Positions 1 to 9,303 of a stretch of DNA of 64,000 nt are shown here, piece after piece. The notes beneath the pieces are model-generated. The model was given only the letters and a program-made list of their open reading frames with translations, did not search any database and was not told the origin of the DNA. Numbering within the stretch: position 1 is the first letter of the stretch; every line of letters starts with the position of its first letter. The translations under genes and the position numbers were made by a program. This stretch comes from Thiohalomonadales bacterium (GTDB lineage: Bacteria; Pseudomonadota; Gammaproteobacteria; UBA6429; Thiohalophilaceae): contig JBECKZ010000175.1 in NCBI GenBank assembly GCA_040235555.1, positions 1,350 through 65,349 on the forward strand, written 5' to 3'.

Positions 1-221
1 GCTCCAGTCGTTATAACTATAAAAATGTATTAGACACAGCGTTACTAAAATCAACTTGCTGCTATCTACGGTTGTACAAAATTAAAATCACGCAACTATG
101 CACTGACTTGAAGAATTGACTCGGACCAATGATTTCAAACAGTGCAACCACAAACATTTTTCCACCGCCCTCGAACCAGTCTGTTTACGTTTCCCTTTGA
201 TTTTATTCACCATCCTTGAGA

Positions 222-237
222 TGGCACACAAGATGCA
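222..237 (+). promoter_or_regulatory. possible sigma-54 (-24/-12) promoter upstream of the porin gene
   Basis: TGGCAC-ACAAG-ATGCA read directly. The GG..GC spacing equals consensus TGGCAC-N5-TTGCW, with one mismatch (A for the first T of TTGC). It lies about 145 nt upstream of the ATG at 382. Confidence 0.3.
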
Positions 238-241
238 TCTG

Positions 242-275
242 TTGTATACAAGAACGTATACAACAATGTGCACAT
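242..275. promoter_or_regulatory. palindromic candidate operator sites upstream of the porin gene
   Basis: Perfect 10-bp palindrome TTGTATACAA (242-251). GTATACAA is repeated directly at 256-263. A second perfect palindrome ATGTGCACAT lies at 266-275. Confidence 0.3.
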
Positions 276-381
276 ATTGTGTAGTGGGGTGAGGGACCTC
301 TTCAATTGGTGTCGCCATTACAACTGTGAATAGTTGCCTACGGTCTGTTTCAACAATTAGGTGATAACAGAGGTGATAATC

Positions 382-1413
382 ATGAAATCAATCAAACAAC
401 AATGGTTACTTTTGGGAACTTTTTTCTTATTAATAACTGGGAGCAACGCTTTCGGCGCAGACGGATCTGCTTCATTCTATGGGCTCATCGATGTTTTTGT
501 CAGTTCGAAAAAGGTACCTGGAAGTAGTGACCGCAGCTTTAATGTCAACTCCAGCGGCATGACGACATCTTTTATTGGTGTTAATACGAAAATCGATCTC
601 GGTGACGGCCTGACCGGTGTAATCACGCTGGAGAGTTTTTTACGCCCGGATACCGGTGAAGCCGGCCGCTATAGTGGAGACCAGTTTTTTGCTCGGGACG
701 CCTACATTGGCCTTGAAGGTGACTTCGGCAAAGTTTATTTAGGCCGAAATACCACGCCCTATTTTATCGCCGACATCCTGTCTAACCCGTTTGTTGGGTC
801 ATTTGGATTCGGTCCAAGCATTAAACATTCATTTCTGGGTGGACTTGAAGGTGATAGCGGCTGGGGCAACTCCATGCTCTATAGCTCGCCCAGCTTCGGT
901 GGCCTGGATTTTTCCTTGTTGTATTCAGCGGGGGAACAGGCCGGTGCTACAGGCACCAATCGCATCGGGGGTAACGTATTTTACCGCGCCGGTAAATTCA
1001 TGGGCACCCTCGCCTATCAATCCGTCGATCTGGTATTGGAAGATCCCACGACCTATGTCGTAGGCGATACCCAGACCGCCGGCCTGATCGGTGCAAGTTA
1101 CGATCTTGGCAGTGTCAAATTGTTTGCCCAGTACATGAAAATGAAAACAGAAGCGGCGACTGCCGGCAATACGGAATGGAAGACCTATCAACTTGGTGCC
1201 TCGGTCCCCGTGGGTAAAGGTGCGATTTTGGCCTCTTATGCACACACGGATATTACATCCAGTACGGACTCTGATCGGAAAACCTACGCCCTTGGTTATG
1301 ACTATACGATCAATAAAAAGGTCGACCTGTATGCAGTATTTACTCAGGATGATCCTTCCACCGCAAGCAGTACCGGAAATGAATTGGCATTCGGTGGCCG
1401 TTTTCAGTTCTAA
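382..1413 (+). CDS. Gram-negative porin (trimeric general-porin family)
   Basis: The signal peptide MKSIKQQWLLLGTFFLLITGSNAFG is followed by SFYGLIDVFV. The sequence alternates in beta-strand pattern and ends in C-terminal F (GGRFQF). ATG 382 is preferred to the track GTG 361. Confidence 0.8.
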   Translation: MKSIKQQWLLLGTFFLLITGSNAFGADGSASFYGLIDVFVSSKKVPGSSDRSFNVNSSGMTTSFIGVNTKIDLGDGLTGVITLESFLRPDTGEAGRYSGDQFFARDAYIGLEGDFGKVYLGRNTTPYFIADILSNPFVGSFGFGPSIKHSFLGGLEGDSGWGNSMLYSSPSFGGLDFSLLYSAGEQAGATGTNRIGGNVFYRAGKFMGTLAYQSVDLVLEDPTTYVVGDTQTAGLIGASYDLGSVKLFAQYMKMKTEAATAGNTEWKTYQLGASVPVGKGAILASYAHTDITSSTDSDRKTYALGYDYTINKKVDLYAVFTQDDPSTASSTGNELAFGGRFQF

Positions 1414-1466
1414 CTTCTGCTCGTGTTGTGAAATCTGATGTGCAGAGTATTTAAATACCGGAAGAA

Positions 1467-1490
1467 CAGACGACCCCCCGGGGTCGTCTG
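1467..1490 (+). terminator. GC-rich hairpin downstream of the porin gene
   Basis: CAGACGACCCC / GGGGTCGTCTG are perfectly complementary arms. The downstream T-tract is weak (ATTCTGC). Confidence 0.45.
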
Positions 1491-1566
1491 ATTCTGCAAA
1501 AACTGTAGTTTCGAATGGTAGATCTCAGCCTTAACCACAGATAAAGCTGTGTAGCCGAGCCATCAA

Positions 1567-1893
1567 CTAGGCAACGTTCGGCAACTCATATGTTGGTGAG
1601 GACGGATCAGTCATGTGCTGGCCAAGCTGAACAATCTGCAGGCGATTACTTCCGGCAAATTCCATGACGAAATCATAGGCAACAGCATCTGCCATGGCTA
1701 GGCTACCCGCGACAAACAGCCCGCGTAAACCCTGGTGAATCACCGGGCGTATCATTGCATGATACTGCAGTCTTCGCTCAGCTGTGAAACTGGCGAACAG
1801 AGCAGCAATGCGATCTACCCAGTCTGAGGGACGAAATTTGTTCCCTTTTTGTGTAACTCCCAGAATTAAACAGTCGGATTGTTCTTTTGCCAT
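1567..1893 (-). CDS. small conserved protein, DUF3579-like
   Basis: 108 aa. The N-terminal LILGVTQKGNKFRPSDWVDRIAALFA matches my memory of the DUF3579 signature (G.T..G..FRPSDW.ER). Confidence 0.55.
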   Translation of the reverse strand: MAKEQSDCLILGVTQKGNKFRPSDWVDRIAALFASFTAERRLQYHAMIRPVIHQGLRGLFVAGSLAMADAVAYDFVMEFAGSNRLQIVQLGQHMTDPSSPTYELPNVA

Positions 1894-2191
1894 GATACTT
1901 CTTAGGTCCTCAAATTGATTGGTGAAAAAATACCGTGAATAGCGCCAAAATTAGTGATATGGGCGTGAGACCATACATTTTACAATAAGTTTTATCTATC
2001 GTTGCAAAAATTTGTTCAGGGTAAACAATCCTGTGATCCAGGTACGCACATACTCAGAATTGCTTAAATATTGCTCATATCACACGCTAAAAGTGATTCC
2101 CTACTAGTAGCAAGGCAGAACGTGGACGCGGTAATTGGGCCGTATTTTTTGGAGGGGGTTGGCTAGGAACGCGATGAAGGAAATTATTCTA

Positions 2192-2210
2192 TTCACGTTA
2201 GTAACGTGAA
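2192..2210 (-). terminator. 19-bp palindrome overlapping the stop codon of the 114-aa ORF
   Basis: TTCACGTTA-G-TAACGTGAA, followed on the minus strand by the A/T-rich TAGAATAATTTCC. Confidence 0.3.
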
Positions 2211-2537
2211 ACTGACTTCTGCCGATGATTTGCTGATGTTGCACAACAACTCACCGTACTCCGTTTGCTCACAGACCGGGGTCGGATCATCCGCACAGCA
2301 GCTGCCTGCAATGATCCCAGAGAAAAATACACCCGTTTTAACCTGGATCGCATCATCCGTTTCGCGGCACTGAAGTACCACCGGGTCGATCGCTGCCTCA
2401 CTGACGTGACTACTTTGTGACAAAGCGGCCTGCAGCGGTAACAACGCTATATCGAGGTCCTTTAACTCCTGCTTGAATACCGCTTCAAACGCGGGTGTCT
2501 GCCAGGCGGTTAGCGACTTTTGAAATTGAATTCCCAT
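2193..2537 (-). CDS. hypothetical Cys-rich 114-aa protein
   Basis: Clean ATG ORF with coding-like composition. No family recognised. It carries the cysteine cluster GSCCADDPTPVCEQTEYGELLC. Confidence 0.55.
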   Translation of the reverse strand: MGIQFQKSLTAWQTPAFEAVFKQELKDLDIALLPLQAALSQSSHVSEAAIDPVVLQCRETDDAIQVKTGVFFSGIIAGSCCADDPTPVCEQTEYGELLCNISKSSAEVSFTLLT

Positions 2538-2645
2538 GTTTTCACTGTATCTGGATATTTAGGTAGCCTGCACACAAACTGATGACGAGCAAAGCTGGAC
2601 CAGTTCAAGAATATTCCAGCACCATGACCTATAGTCTAACGCATT

Positions 2646-3281
2646 ATGACCACACTCTATTATGTCCACGACCCCATGTGCAGCTGGTGCTGGGGATTCT
2701 CCCGGGTCTGGCGGGAAACCCTTGCCGCCCTTCCCTCGACTGTACAGGTGGTCAGACTGCTCGGCGGTCTCGCACCGGATGACGACGCAGCCATGGCCCA
2801 AGAGATGCGGCAAAAACTCGCTGAAACCTGGCGCTACATCGCAGCACGTATACCGGGAGTCGAATTTAATTTTGATTTCTGGACATCCTGTTCACCCAGA
2901 CGTTCGACCTATCCCGCTTGTCGTGCAGTCATTGCCGCACGGCAGCAAGGCCTTGAATACGATGAGGCCATGACGCGGGCAATACAACATGCCTATTACC
3001 TTCAGGCACGAAATCCATCAGAGACCACCACGCTCACTACTCTGGCTACTGAAATCGGCCTGGATAGGGAAAGATTCACAATCGAACTCATGTCACCACA
3101 GACCCAGGAACAGCTGATGCGAGAGATTAAACAATCGCGCCAAATGGGTGCCGATAGCTTTCCCAGTCTGGTACTTGCCCATCATGGGGGTACCTGGCAT
3201 ATCCCCATTGACTATAACGACAGCGAGCCCATGCTGGAATTGATTGATCTGATCACGTCAGAGCAATCAGCGATGGAATAA
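2646..3281 (+). CDS. DsbA-family thioredoxin-fold protein (COG3531-like)
   Basis: N-terminal YYVHDPMCSWCWGF contains the CxxC motif. Length 211 aa. Confidence 0.8.
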   Translation: MTTLYYVHDPMCSWCWGFSRVWRETLAALPSTVQVVRLLGGLAPDDDAAMAQEMRQKLAETWRYIAARIPGVEFNFDFWTSCSPRRSTYPACRAVIAARQQGLEYDEAMTRAIQHAYYLQARNPSETTTLTTLATEIGLDRERFTIELMSPQTQEQLMREIKQSRQMGADSFPSLVLAHHGGTWHIPIDYNDSEPMLELIDLITSEQSAME

Positions 3282-3447
3282 CTCGGGAGTTCATGCACGC
3301 AATACGCGCTAAATTATCGGATTGAACCCTGCGATGACTGACGGTCAGACCAACGCCGAGCAGCAATACTATCGTTAATGAAGGACATAACCATTTGCGA
3401 ATTACAGTCAATTTATCCGACAGATATCCCTATCCAAATTAAAATTG

Positions 3448-4539
3448 TCAGGGTAATTCTTTACCAACTAATGCTCGATAGCATTTACGAGTATCGTTGA
3501 GGAGCTTATTAACCAATTTCATGCTGGAAACTGTTTGCCCAAAATTCCCCTGATCACACCGTTTCCCCCACCTGCGGATGAGAAAACAGGCGGCCTGTGC
3601 ATAGCGAAGGTAATCCTCATAACCGCCAACAACTTGCGTGCTAATGTGGCTTGCGAGTCGAAACCTGGCCTGGACATTGTCTTTCGCCAATATTGCCGGG
3701 TCCTGCTGCAACGCGACGTTGAGGGATTGGTATGTATAGTGGTTGATGTCACCATTTAGAAGTGACAGACCACGAATATACCTGAGTGTACGCGCATAAT
3801 GAGTAATCGACTGATGTGCAGCAATATGCATAATCAAACCAAACGCATCCGCCGCAGATTCCTCTTTCTGCATGTAATACTCACCCCAATGTTTGCGATG
3901 AGACGTAGGTACCGGGCCGTTGTAGATCGTGTCCAGGCAATGGTACACCTCGTGATCCAGTGCGAAACGCAGATGATCTGCAGAATCCAGATAATGTGCA
4001 GGCGGGATGGCTGCAAACTCCGCATCAGTCAGCTCAAGCAAATGGCGAGTGGCGGCGCGGTCATTACCAGCGATCTGCGAAGGATACAGCGTAATAATAC
4101 AGGCATATTTTCGTTTTGCTAATGCATCTTTACCCGGTTTGAACAATGTCGCAGAACCGACATCTGTTTGTAGCAGTAGTTCGATCCGCACCAACGTCGC
4201 CGTCAATAATGTCTGGCGTAAAGACTCCGGATGTTCATAGTCAAGCGGAAACGGATCCTCACCAAGAATTTTATTGAGAATGTGCATATTGCTGGCAACA
4301 TCGTTGGCAGAATCCAGCACGACAAAACTGATTTCCGGATAGTGGCTGGCGTAAAATCCCAGTTTATTCGAGATGATACGATCTATCTGTTCGTGGTGGT
4401 TATTTTCCTGCGTGTGTTCCTGATCGGTTGCCGTCCCCGTTGGGGTATCATTTTCTGCAGTCGCTATTCCCTCCTGTATCAGCAGACACAAGACTACAAT
4501 AATGTATATCGGTAACCTGATTTGAAAACACATTTTCAA
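3448..4539 (-). CDS. secreted hypothetical protein with HExxH zincin-like motif
   Basis: Hydrophobic signal-like N-terminus (LPIYIIVVLCLLIQEGIATA). LDHEVYHCLD contains HExxH. No family recognised. The track start is TTG; an alternative ATG lies at 4533. Confidence 0.65.
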   Translation of the reverse strand: MKMCFQIRLPIYIIVVLCLLIQEGIATAENDTPTGTATDQEHTQENNHHEQIDRIISNKLGFYASHYPEISFVVLDSANDVASNMHILNKILGEDPFPLDYEHPESLRQTLLTATLVRIELLLQTDVGSATLFKPGKDALAKRKYACIITLYPSQIAGNDRAATRHLLELTDAEFAAIPPAHYLDSADHLRFALDHEVYHCLDTIYNGPVPTSHRKHWGEYYMQKEESAADAFGLIMHIAAHQSITHYARTLRYIRGLSLLNGDINHYTYQSLNVALQQDPAILAKDNVQARFRLASHISTQVVGGYEDYLRYAQAACFLIRRWGKRCDQGNFGQTVSSMKLVNKLLNDTRKCYRALVGKELP

Positions 4540-4766
4540 TAAGTTTGAGTCTCGATGAAGTCATCCTGATGGACGTAACCTGAAAAACAGATTGGCAGCA
4601 TAGCGGATCCGTATGCCGTGCTGGTTCAAAAGCAGTATAAATAACTGAATAAACTGGAAGACAGTGCTTTATAGTTTTCTAGAAGCACTCTCTTCTGCAA
4701 TTTGGACCGAAATTATTAAATTAACCTTTTAGTAAATACTATTTACTATAGACAAATTTCCGGTAT

Positions 4767-5861
4767 TTAAAAATGCAGCGCGACACCCGCGAAAAATCCG
4801 GTCCCTGTAACATCAATAGTTTGGCTATTTTTATCTTTAGTATTCGCGCTCAGGTATTTCGCTTCCGCAAAGAATCCAACCGATGAAGTTCGGTATTCAA
4901 CCCCGCCAACAAGCTGGTAGGCAAATCCAGCGGTGTTACCCGTAATCGCCGTGCCACTGACTTTCGTCACGGCCACCCCGATTCCGCCACCAACATACGG
5001 CTGCAGGCTGGAATCGCTAAGGAAATATTGTTTTATATTCGCCAGCGCTACCAGGGCCGAAGCATCCCCCGAGGCAGTTCCGCCTGCCGTGGTGAAATGC
5101 GCCTTGTAACTCAGTATTTCTCCCCCCGTGGCAAGTCCACTGCCTAATTGATAGTATGCTTCGATGCCAAACAGACCCGATACACTCTTGTCATAATTGA
5201 AATCGAATGTGGTACCAGACACATCTATCGACTGCGTTTGGTTCGACAAGCTGAGACTACCAATCTTAAACATGACAGCGATACCACCTGGTTCCAAAGC
5301 GACTTGTGCTTTCGGTCTTGCTTTTGTTTTGGGCTGAGTAGTTGCAGCTTGCGTTGTGGAGGTTGCCGGCGAGCCTGATTGCGCTGGCGGCTCAGCCGCG
5401 ACTGCGGTGACCTGGCGCGGATTCTTGATAAATTGCGTCATCGCCATATCGCCACGGTAAGAATCAGGCAGGCTCTCGATTTGCGCCTCGGTGCCTGACT
5501 GGGTCTGAACTACTGTCAGTCTAAACAGATACACCTTACCTGCTTCCGAGAGCACCGATAGCGTTGCAGGATTGGTGCGGCCAACACGCAGGTTAAGGCG
5601 ACCAGGAGCCAGTTGCCAGACAGTGAATGAACCCGGCACAATTCGTCCAATTTCATAGTTGTTTAACCAGATCGTTGGCGTTGGACCCACACCATCCTGA
5701 TCTCGCTGGTAAATATAAATCAGGGCCTTGCCTTTAGGTGGAACCAGATCGCGCGCATATTTGGTCTCAGATGCTGTTCCAAACACAGGTACAGCAGCAA
5801 ACGTCACCTGGCTTATCGCTAGCAGTGTCCCCAAGAGTAAATATTTAATTCCCTGCACCAC
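4767..5861 (-). CDS. outer-membrane protein: DUF2846-like N-domain, Pro/Thr/Gln linker, C-terminal beta-barrel
   Basis: GTG start preceded by GGGAGGAAG. Signal peptide LLLGTLLAISQVTFA. The segment ALIYIYQRD...NNYEIGRIVPGSF resembles DUF2846. The C-terminal barrel ends FFAGVALHF. Confidence 0.7.
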   Translation of the reverse strand: MVQGIKYLLLGTLLAISQVTFAAVPVFGTASETKYARDLVPPKGKALIYIYQRDQDGVGPTPTIWLNNYEIGRIVPGSFTVWQLAPGRLNLRVGRTNPATLSVLSEAGKVYLFRLTVVQTQSGTEAQIESLPDSYRGDMAMTQFIKNPRQVTAVAAEPPAQSGSPATSTTQAATTQPKTKARPKAQVALEPGGIAVMFKIGSLSLSNQTQSIDVSGTTFDFNYDKSVSGLFGIEAYYQLGSGLATGGEILSYKAHFTTAGGTASGDASALVALANIKQYFLSDSSLQPYVGGGIGVAVTKVSGTAITGNTAGFAYQLVGGVEYRTSSVGFFAEAKYLSANTKDKNSQTIDVTGTGFFAGVALHF

Positions 5862-5959
5862 TGCTTCCTCCCTTTCCAGACTTCAACTATGTTTATGACT
5901 CACTGGAAGCCAAGCATACCGAATTTTATGGCGAAGTACAGGGACAAAAGGTTGCCAGC

Positions 5960-6109
5960 GAACCCATGTCGGTCCGCTGACTGGGATGGGAACTTAGCCA
6001 GCGTGTGCTAGAGATTCACGATGGGAACACCTCTGCAACGGCCCGCATCCTGAAGATGTATCGCCGATCACTGCAGCGCAAACTCATGAAACACCCGGTA
6101 CGCGGTTAA
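5960..6109 (+). pseudogene. relic of the C-terminus of a RegA/ActR/PrrA-type response regulator (Fis-type HTH), with an in-frame TGA
   Basis: My translation is EPMSVR*LGWELSQRVLEIHDGNTSATARILKMYRRSLQRKLMKHPVRG. It parallels the remembered RegA tail (PMSADRVRWEHIQRV...ETARRLNMHRRTLQRILAKR). No receiver domain lies upstream. Confidence 0.5.
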
Positions 6110-6435
6110 AGATTGTGCATTGCCTGGTTGCCCCCCCCAGCGCTGAGGCCGCAGTAGTCTGCAAATTATATAAATAAGAATAAACCCTCAGGATTTATCG
6201 ACCAAACTTCGACAGACGGGCTGCGGATAAGCATGGCCCCGATTTGCAATCCTTCAGGCCATGCAGTAGAGTTGCCGCCCACATGACGCACGGGTCAGGG
6301 CGGTGCATGCATCTATGCAGGCAGCGACCAGATGGCTGACAAAGCCCCCGCCCTGTGCCAACGTCATGCACCCAATACCTCGCCCAGCTGTCCTGTCGGG
6401 GTTGTTCGCAAATTAACACATGAGCAGGCATCATC

Positions 6436-6963
6436 ATGAGCAACAATGACTCACCTGGTACGATTCTGGTGGCAATCGACAGCTCGTATAACTCAATGCT
6501 GGCAGCCGGTGTCGGGGCACGCATGGCAAAACTGCTCGGCGCTCACCTGGGTTTAATCCACGTCCTTGGTTTACCCGAACAAAGTTTCTGGGGCGGTGTG
6601 GAAGCACGCATGAAAGACGAGATCCGTAGCGAGGCCGAACGTCATCTCACGGCTATCTCCGAGAAAATGCATTCGGTGTGCGACATCCTGCCCGAGTTTT
6701 TCATCGTCGAAGGTCTGCCTGAGGCAGAGATCCAGAAAGTCGTTGCCGATGATAATAGTATCATCATGGTGATTGCCGGACGTTACGGTGTCGCCAGTGA
6801 AAAACACTCGCATCTGCGACTGGGCCGCGCACGCGGACATGTGCCGATCAAACTCATGGAATCACTCAAAGTGCCACTACTGGTCGTACCGCCGGACATT
6901 CCGCTGTCACACATCTGTCCAGCCATGGCGGAAATGACAACATCTCCAGCTGCACAAACTTGA
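6436..6963 (+). CDS. universal stress protein (UspA family)
   Basis: ILVAIDSS near the N-terminus and IMVIAGRYG...VPLLVVPP near the C-terminus are the typical Usp layout. Confidence 0.65.
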   Translation: MSNNDSPGTILVAIDSSYNSMLAAGVGARMAKLLGAHLGLIHVLGLPEQSFWGGVEARMKDEIRSEAERHLTAISEKMHSVCDILPEFFIVEGLPEAEIQKVVADDNSIIMVIAGRYGVASEKHSHLRLGRARGHVPIKLMESLKVPLLVVPPDIPLSHICPAMAEMTTSPAAQT

Positions 6964-7002
6964 TGACATCCAAAACAGAATAAAAGATTAGGCTGAACTA
7001 TC

Positions 7003-7926
7003 ATGGAAATCTTTCTTCCCATCGCCCATATGGACGTCAATTTGTTATTGATTTTGTCCTTTGGTTTCATCGTTGGATTACTCTCCGGGCTGGTAGGCGT
7101 CGGTGGCGGCTTCCTGATCACGCCCTTATTAATCTTCACCGGCGTACCACCACTGGTCGCAGTCGCAACTGGCTCAGCACAAATCGTGGGGACCTCGGCC
7201 GCCGGCAGTTACGCTCACTGGCGACTGGGGAATGTGGATTTCAAAATGGCGATCCTGCTGTTGCTGGGCAGCTGGACCGGCGGTGGCCTCGGCGTATTTC
7301 TCGCGCGCGCCCTGCAGCAAAGTGGACAGTTCGGTAACATCGTGACATTTCTGTATGTGGTCCTGTTGGGCTTTATCGGCGTAAGCATGCTGATCGAGTC
7401 CGTCAACGCCGTTCGCCGTCGCACCAGTTCATCTGGCGCAACGTCGGACAAGAAAAAGACCGGCAAGAGCTGGTTAGATAAACTGCCAATGCAAATCAAT
7501 TTTCCGGTATCCGGCCTACAACTCCCTCTCGTGGTCCCACTGGTACTGGGCGTCGGTGTGGGTGTATTGACCTCGCTCATGGGTGTCGGTGGCGGCTTCA
7601 TCATGGTACCGATCATGCTCTACATGCTAAAAATGCCGACCAAGGTGGTAGTCGGTACCTCACTGTTTCAATTGCTGTTTACCACAGCCGTGGTCGCCAC
7701 CATGCAAGCCGGGATCAACATGTCAGTGGATCCGTTCCTGGCCCTGACCCTGATCCTGGGTTCAATCCTGGGCACGCATTGGGGAACGATACTGAGTGTG
7801 CGCCTGCCGGCAGAACAATTGCGACTGGTACTGGCCCTGGTTGTAGTCGGGGTCGCTATCAAAATGCTCTGGGGTTTGCTGGCCACCCCGGCTGAACTGT
7901 ATTCGCTATCGGTGCTACTGCAATGA
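7003..7926 (+). CDS. TauE/SafE (DUF81) family anion exporter
   Basis: Polytopic membrane protein with the duplicated motif GVGGGFLITPLL / GVGGGFIMVPIM. Confidence 0.85.
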   Translation: MEIFLPIAHMDVNLLLILSFGFIVGLLSGLVGVGGGFLITPLLIFTGVPPLVAVATGSAQIVGTSAAGSYAHWRLGNVDFKMAILLLLGSWTGGGLGVFLARALQQSGQFGNIVTFLYVVLLGFIGVSMLIESVNAVRRRTSSSGATSDKKKTGKSWLDKLPMQINFPVSGLQLPLVVPLVLGVGVGVLTSLMGVGGGFIMVPIMLYMLKMPTKVVVGTSLFQLLFTTAVVATMQAGINMSVDPFLALTLILGSILGTHWGTILSVRLPAEQLRLVLALVVVGVAIKMLWGLLATPAELYSLSVLLQ

Positions 7927-8678
7927 AACGTCTGACTTTCCTGTTTACCCTGTGTCTTCTGATCATGAGCCGGCTTGCCACGGCCGCGGATCATTCCCTC
8001 GTGACTGGTATGCAGTCCGAACATGTTGATATCACCGTAAACTTCACCGGACAGGACACACTGATATTCGGCGCCTTATCCAAACAGGGTGATGTCATCA
8101 TCAAGGTCAATTCACCCGATATGAACATGGACCTGTCACACAAACGCTCAATTGGTCCACTCTGGCTTGATGGCGGCAAACTCACCGTACGCAAGTCACC
8201 CGGCTTGTATTACCTGTTGTCTTCCAAACCCATCGACAAGATTGTCTCCACCGCGGAAGAACAAAAGTACGGCTTGCACCTGCGCGATGCCCTGAAGAAT
8301 GCGGAGGTTGACAGTACGGCGGCAGCCAGCATGGGCGACTGGCGCAGCGCATTTATCAACCTGAAAAAAGAAGCCGGCCTGTTTCGCAAAATACCCGATG
8401 CCGTCAAACTACTGGAGAAGCGCCTGTTCGTGGCAACCATTCAGCTGCCAGCCAATATTCCGCTGGGCACCTACCAGCTCGATATTTATCTCGCCCAGAA
8501 CGGACATATCATCAGTCATCAGACCCGGCACCTGGATGTTCATCAGGTAAAGCTCGAACACTGGATTGCTAACGCGGTCAACCTGCACTCCTGGGTGTTT
8601 GGCGTGTCGTTTACCGTGTTTGCCATGCTGCTCGGCCTGACCCTCGGTATGGCACTGCGTCGCAGCACTGCCAGCTAA
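7923..8678 (+). CDS. TIGR02186-like (Alph_Pro_TM) membrane-anchored protein
   Basis: ATGA overlap with the TauE gene. It has a signal peptide and a single C-terminal TM segment. The pairing with DUF81 genes is recalled from annotations. Confidence 0.55.
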   Translation: MKRLTFLFTLCLLIMSRLATAADHSLVTGMQSEHVDITVNFTGQDTLIFGALSKQGDVIIKVNSPDMNMDLSHKRSIGPLWLDGGKLTVRKSPGLYYLLSSKPIDKIVSTAEEQKYGLHLRDALKNAEVDSTAAASMGDWRSAFINLKKEAGLFRKIPDAVKLLEKRLFVATIQLPANIPLGTYQLDIYLAQNGHIISHQTRHLDVHQVKLEHWIANAVNLHSWVFGVSFTVFAMLLGLTLGMALRRSTAS

Positions 8679-8786
8679 TTACACAGCTTTGAATTGAAAG
8701 TAGACGGAGTTGATGAACTCATCACGCTGTCTGATTTATTTTATTATAAACAACTCCCGCTCGTGATACCCAGACCTGCTTGAGCA

Positions 8787-9134
8787 TCAGGTGCCGAGAT
8801 AACCCCGCACCAGCAAGTACAAGGCAAACACTGCCATTGCGGCATGAATCCCTACGACTACCATCGGCGGAGGCTTTCGGCCCTCGCGCAAGGCCAGTAA
8901 CACCAGGCCTCCGGCCAGGGCCAGCACAAACAATAATGCTGCATTGTTATAAAGCAGGTGATGGTCAGGTTCCTGGAAGATTGCGACCACCAGCAGCACT
9001 AATGCCGTGACAGCGATCCCGGCATGGCCTAAACCCATAGCCAGCGATCCTTTTTTATAGCGCACACCGACAAAGATAATATACACACCGACCAACATGG
9101 CCAGACCGAATAGCAGGATTGCGTAAAAGAACAT
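8787..9134 (-). CDS. hypothetical 4-TM membrane protein
   Basis: 115 aa with four hydrophobic stretches. No family recognised. Confidence 0.55.
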   Translation of the reverse strand: MFFYAILLFGLAMLVGVYIIFVGVRYKKGSLAMGLGHAGIAVTALVLLVVAIFQEPDHHLLYNNAALLFVLALAGGLVLLALREGRKPPPMVVVGIHAAMAVFALYLLVRGYLGT

Positions 9135-9303
9135 GATTGCTCCCGAAGTACGATCGATGTCGTCAATACAACAACTATTGAACGTTCTGTGGACTTTATA
9201 ATTTCGCCAAAGTTTCCACCGGCGAGATCAAATTTCACAGGAATTGCATTTATTATCCAACAGAATGGTACCGATCTGTAGCGGGAATTGCGTGGAGGCG
9301 GGA

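Noticed and set aside
88-318. 76-aa ORF upstream of the porin gene
   Set aside because: No RBS, odd composition and no family resemblance. The region is better explained as the porin control region.
5978-5980. In-frame TGA in the RegA-like fragment as selenocysteine or programmed read-through
   Set aside because: No receiver domain or start context exists upstream, and no SECIS-like hairpin follows. A decayed gene fragment is the simpler explanation.
6195-6524. 109-aa minus-strand ORF overlapping the usp start
   Set aside because: It overlaps a well-supported gene on the other strand. Its Arg/Cys/Pro-rich translation is typical of out-of-frame GC-rich DNA.
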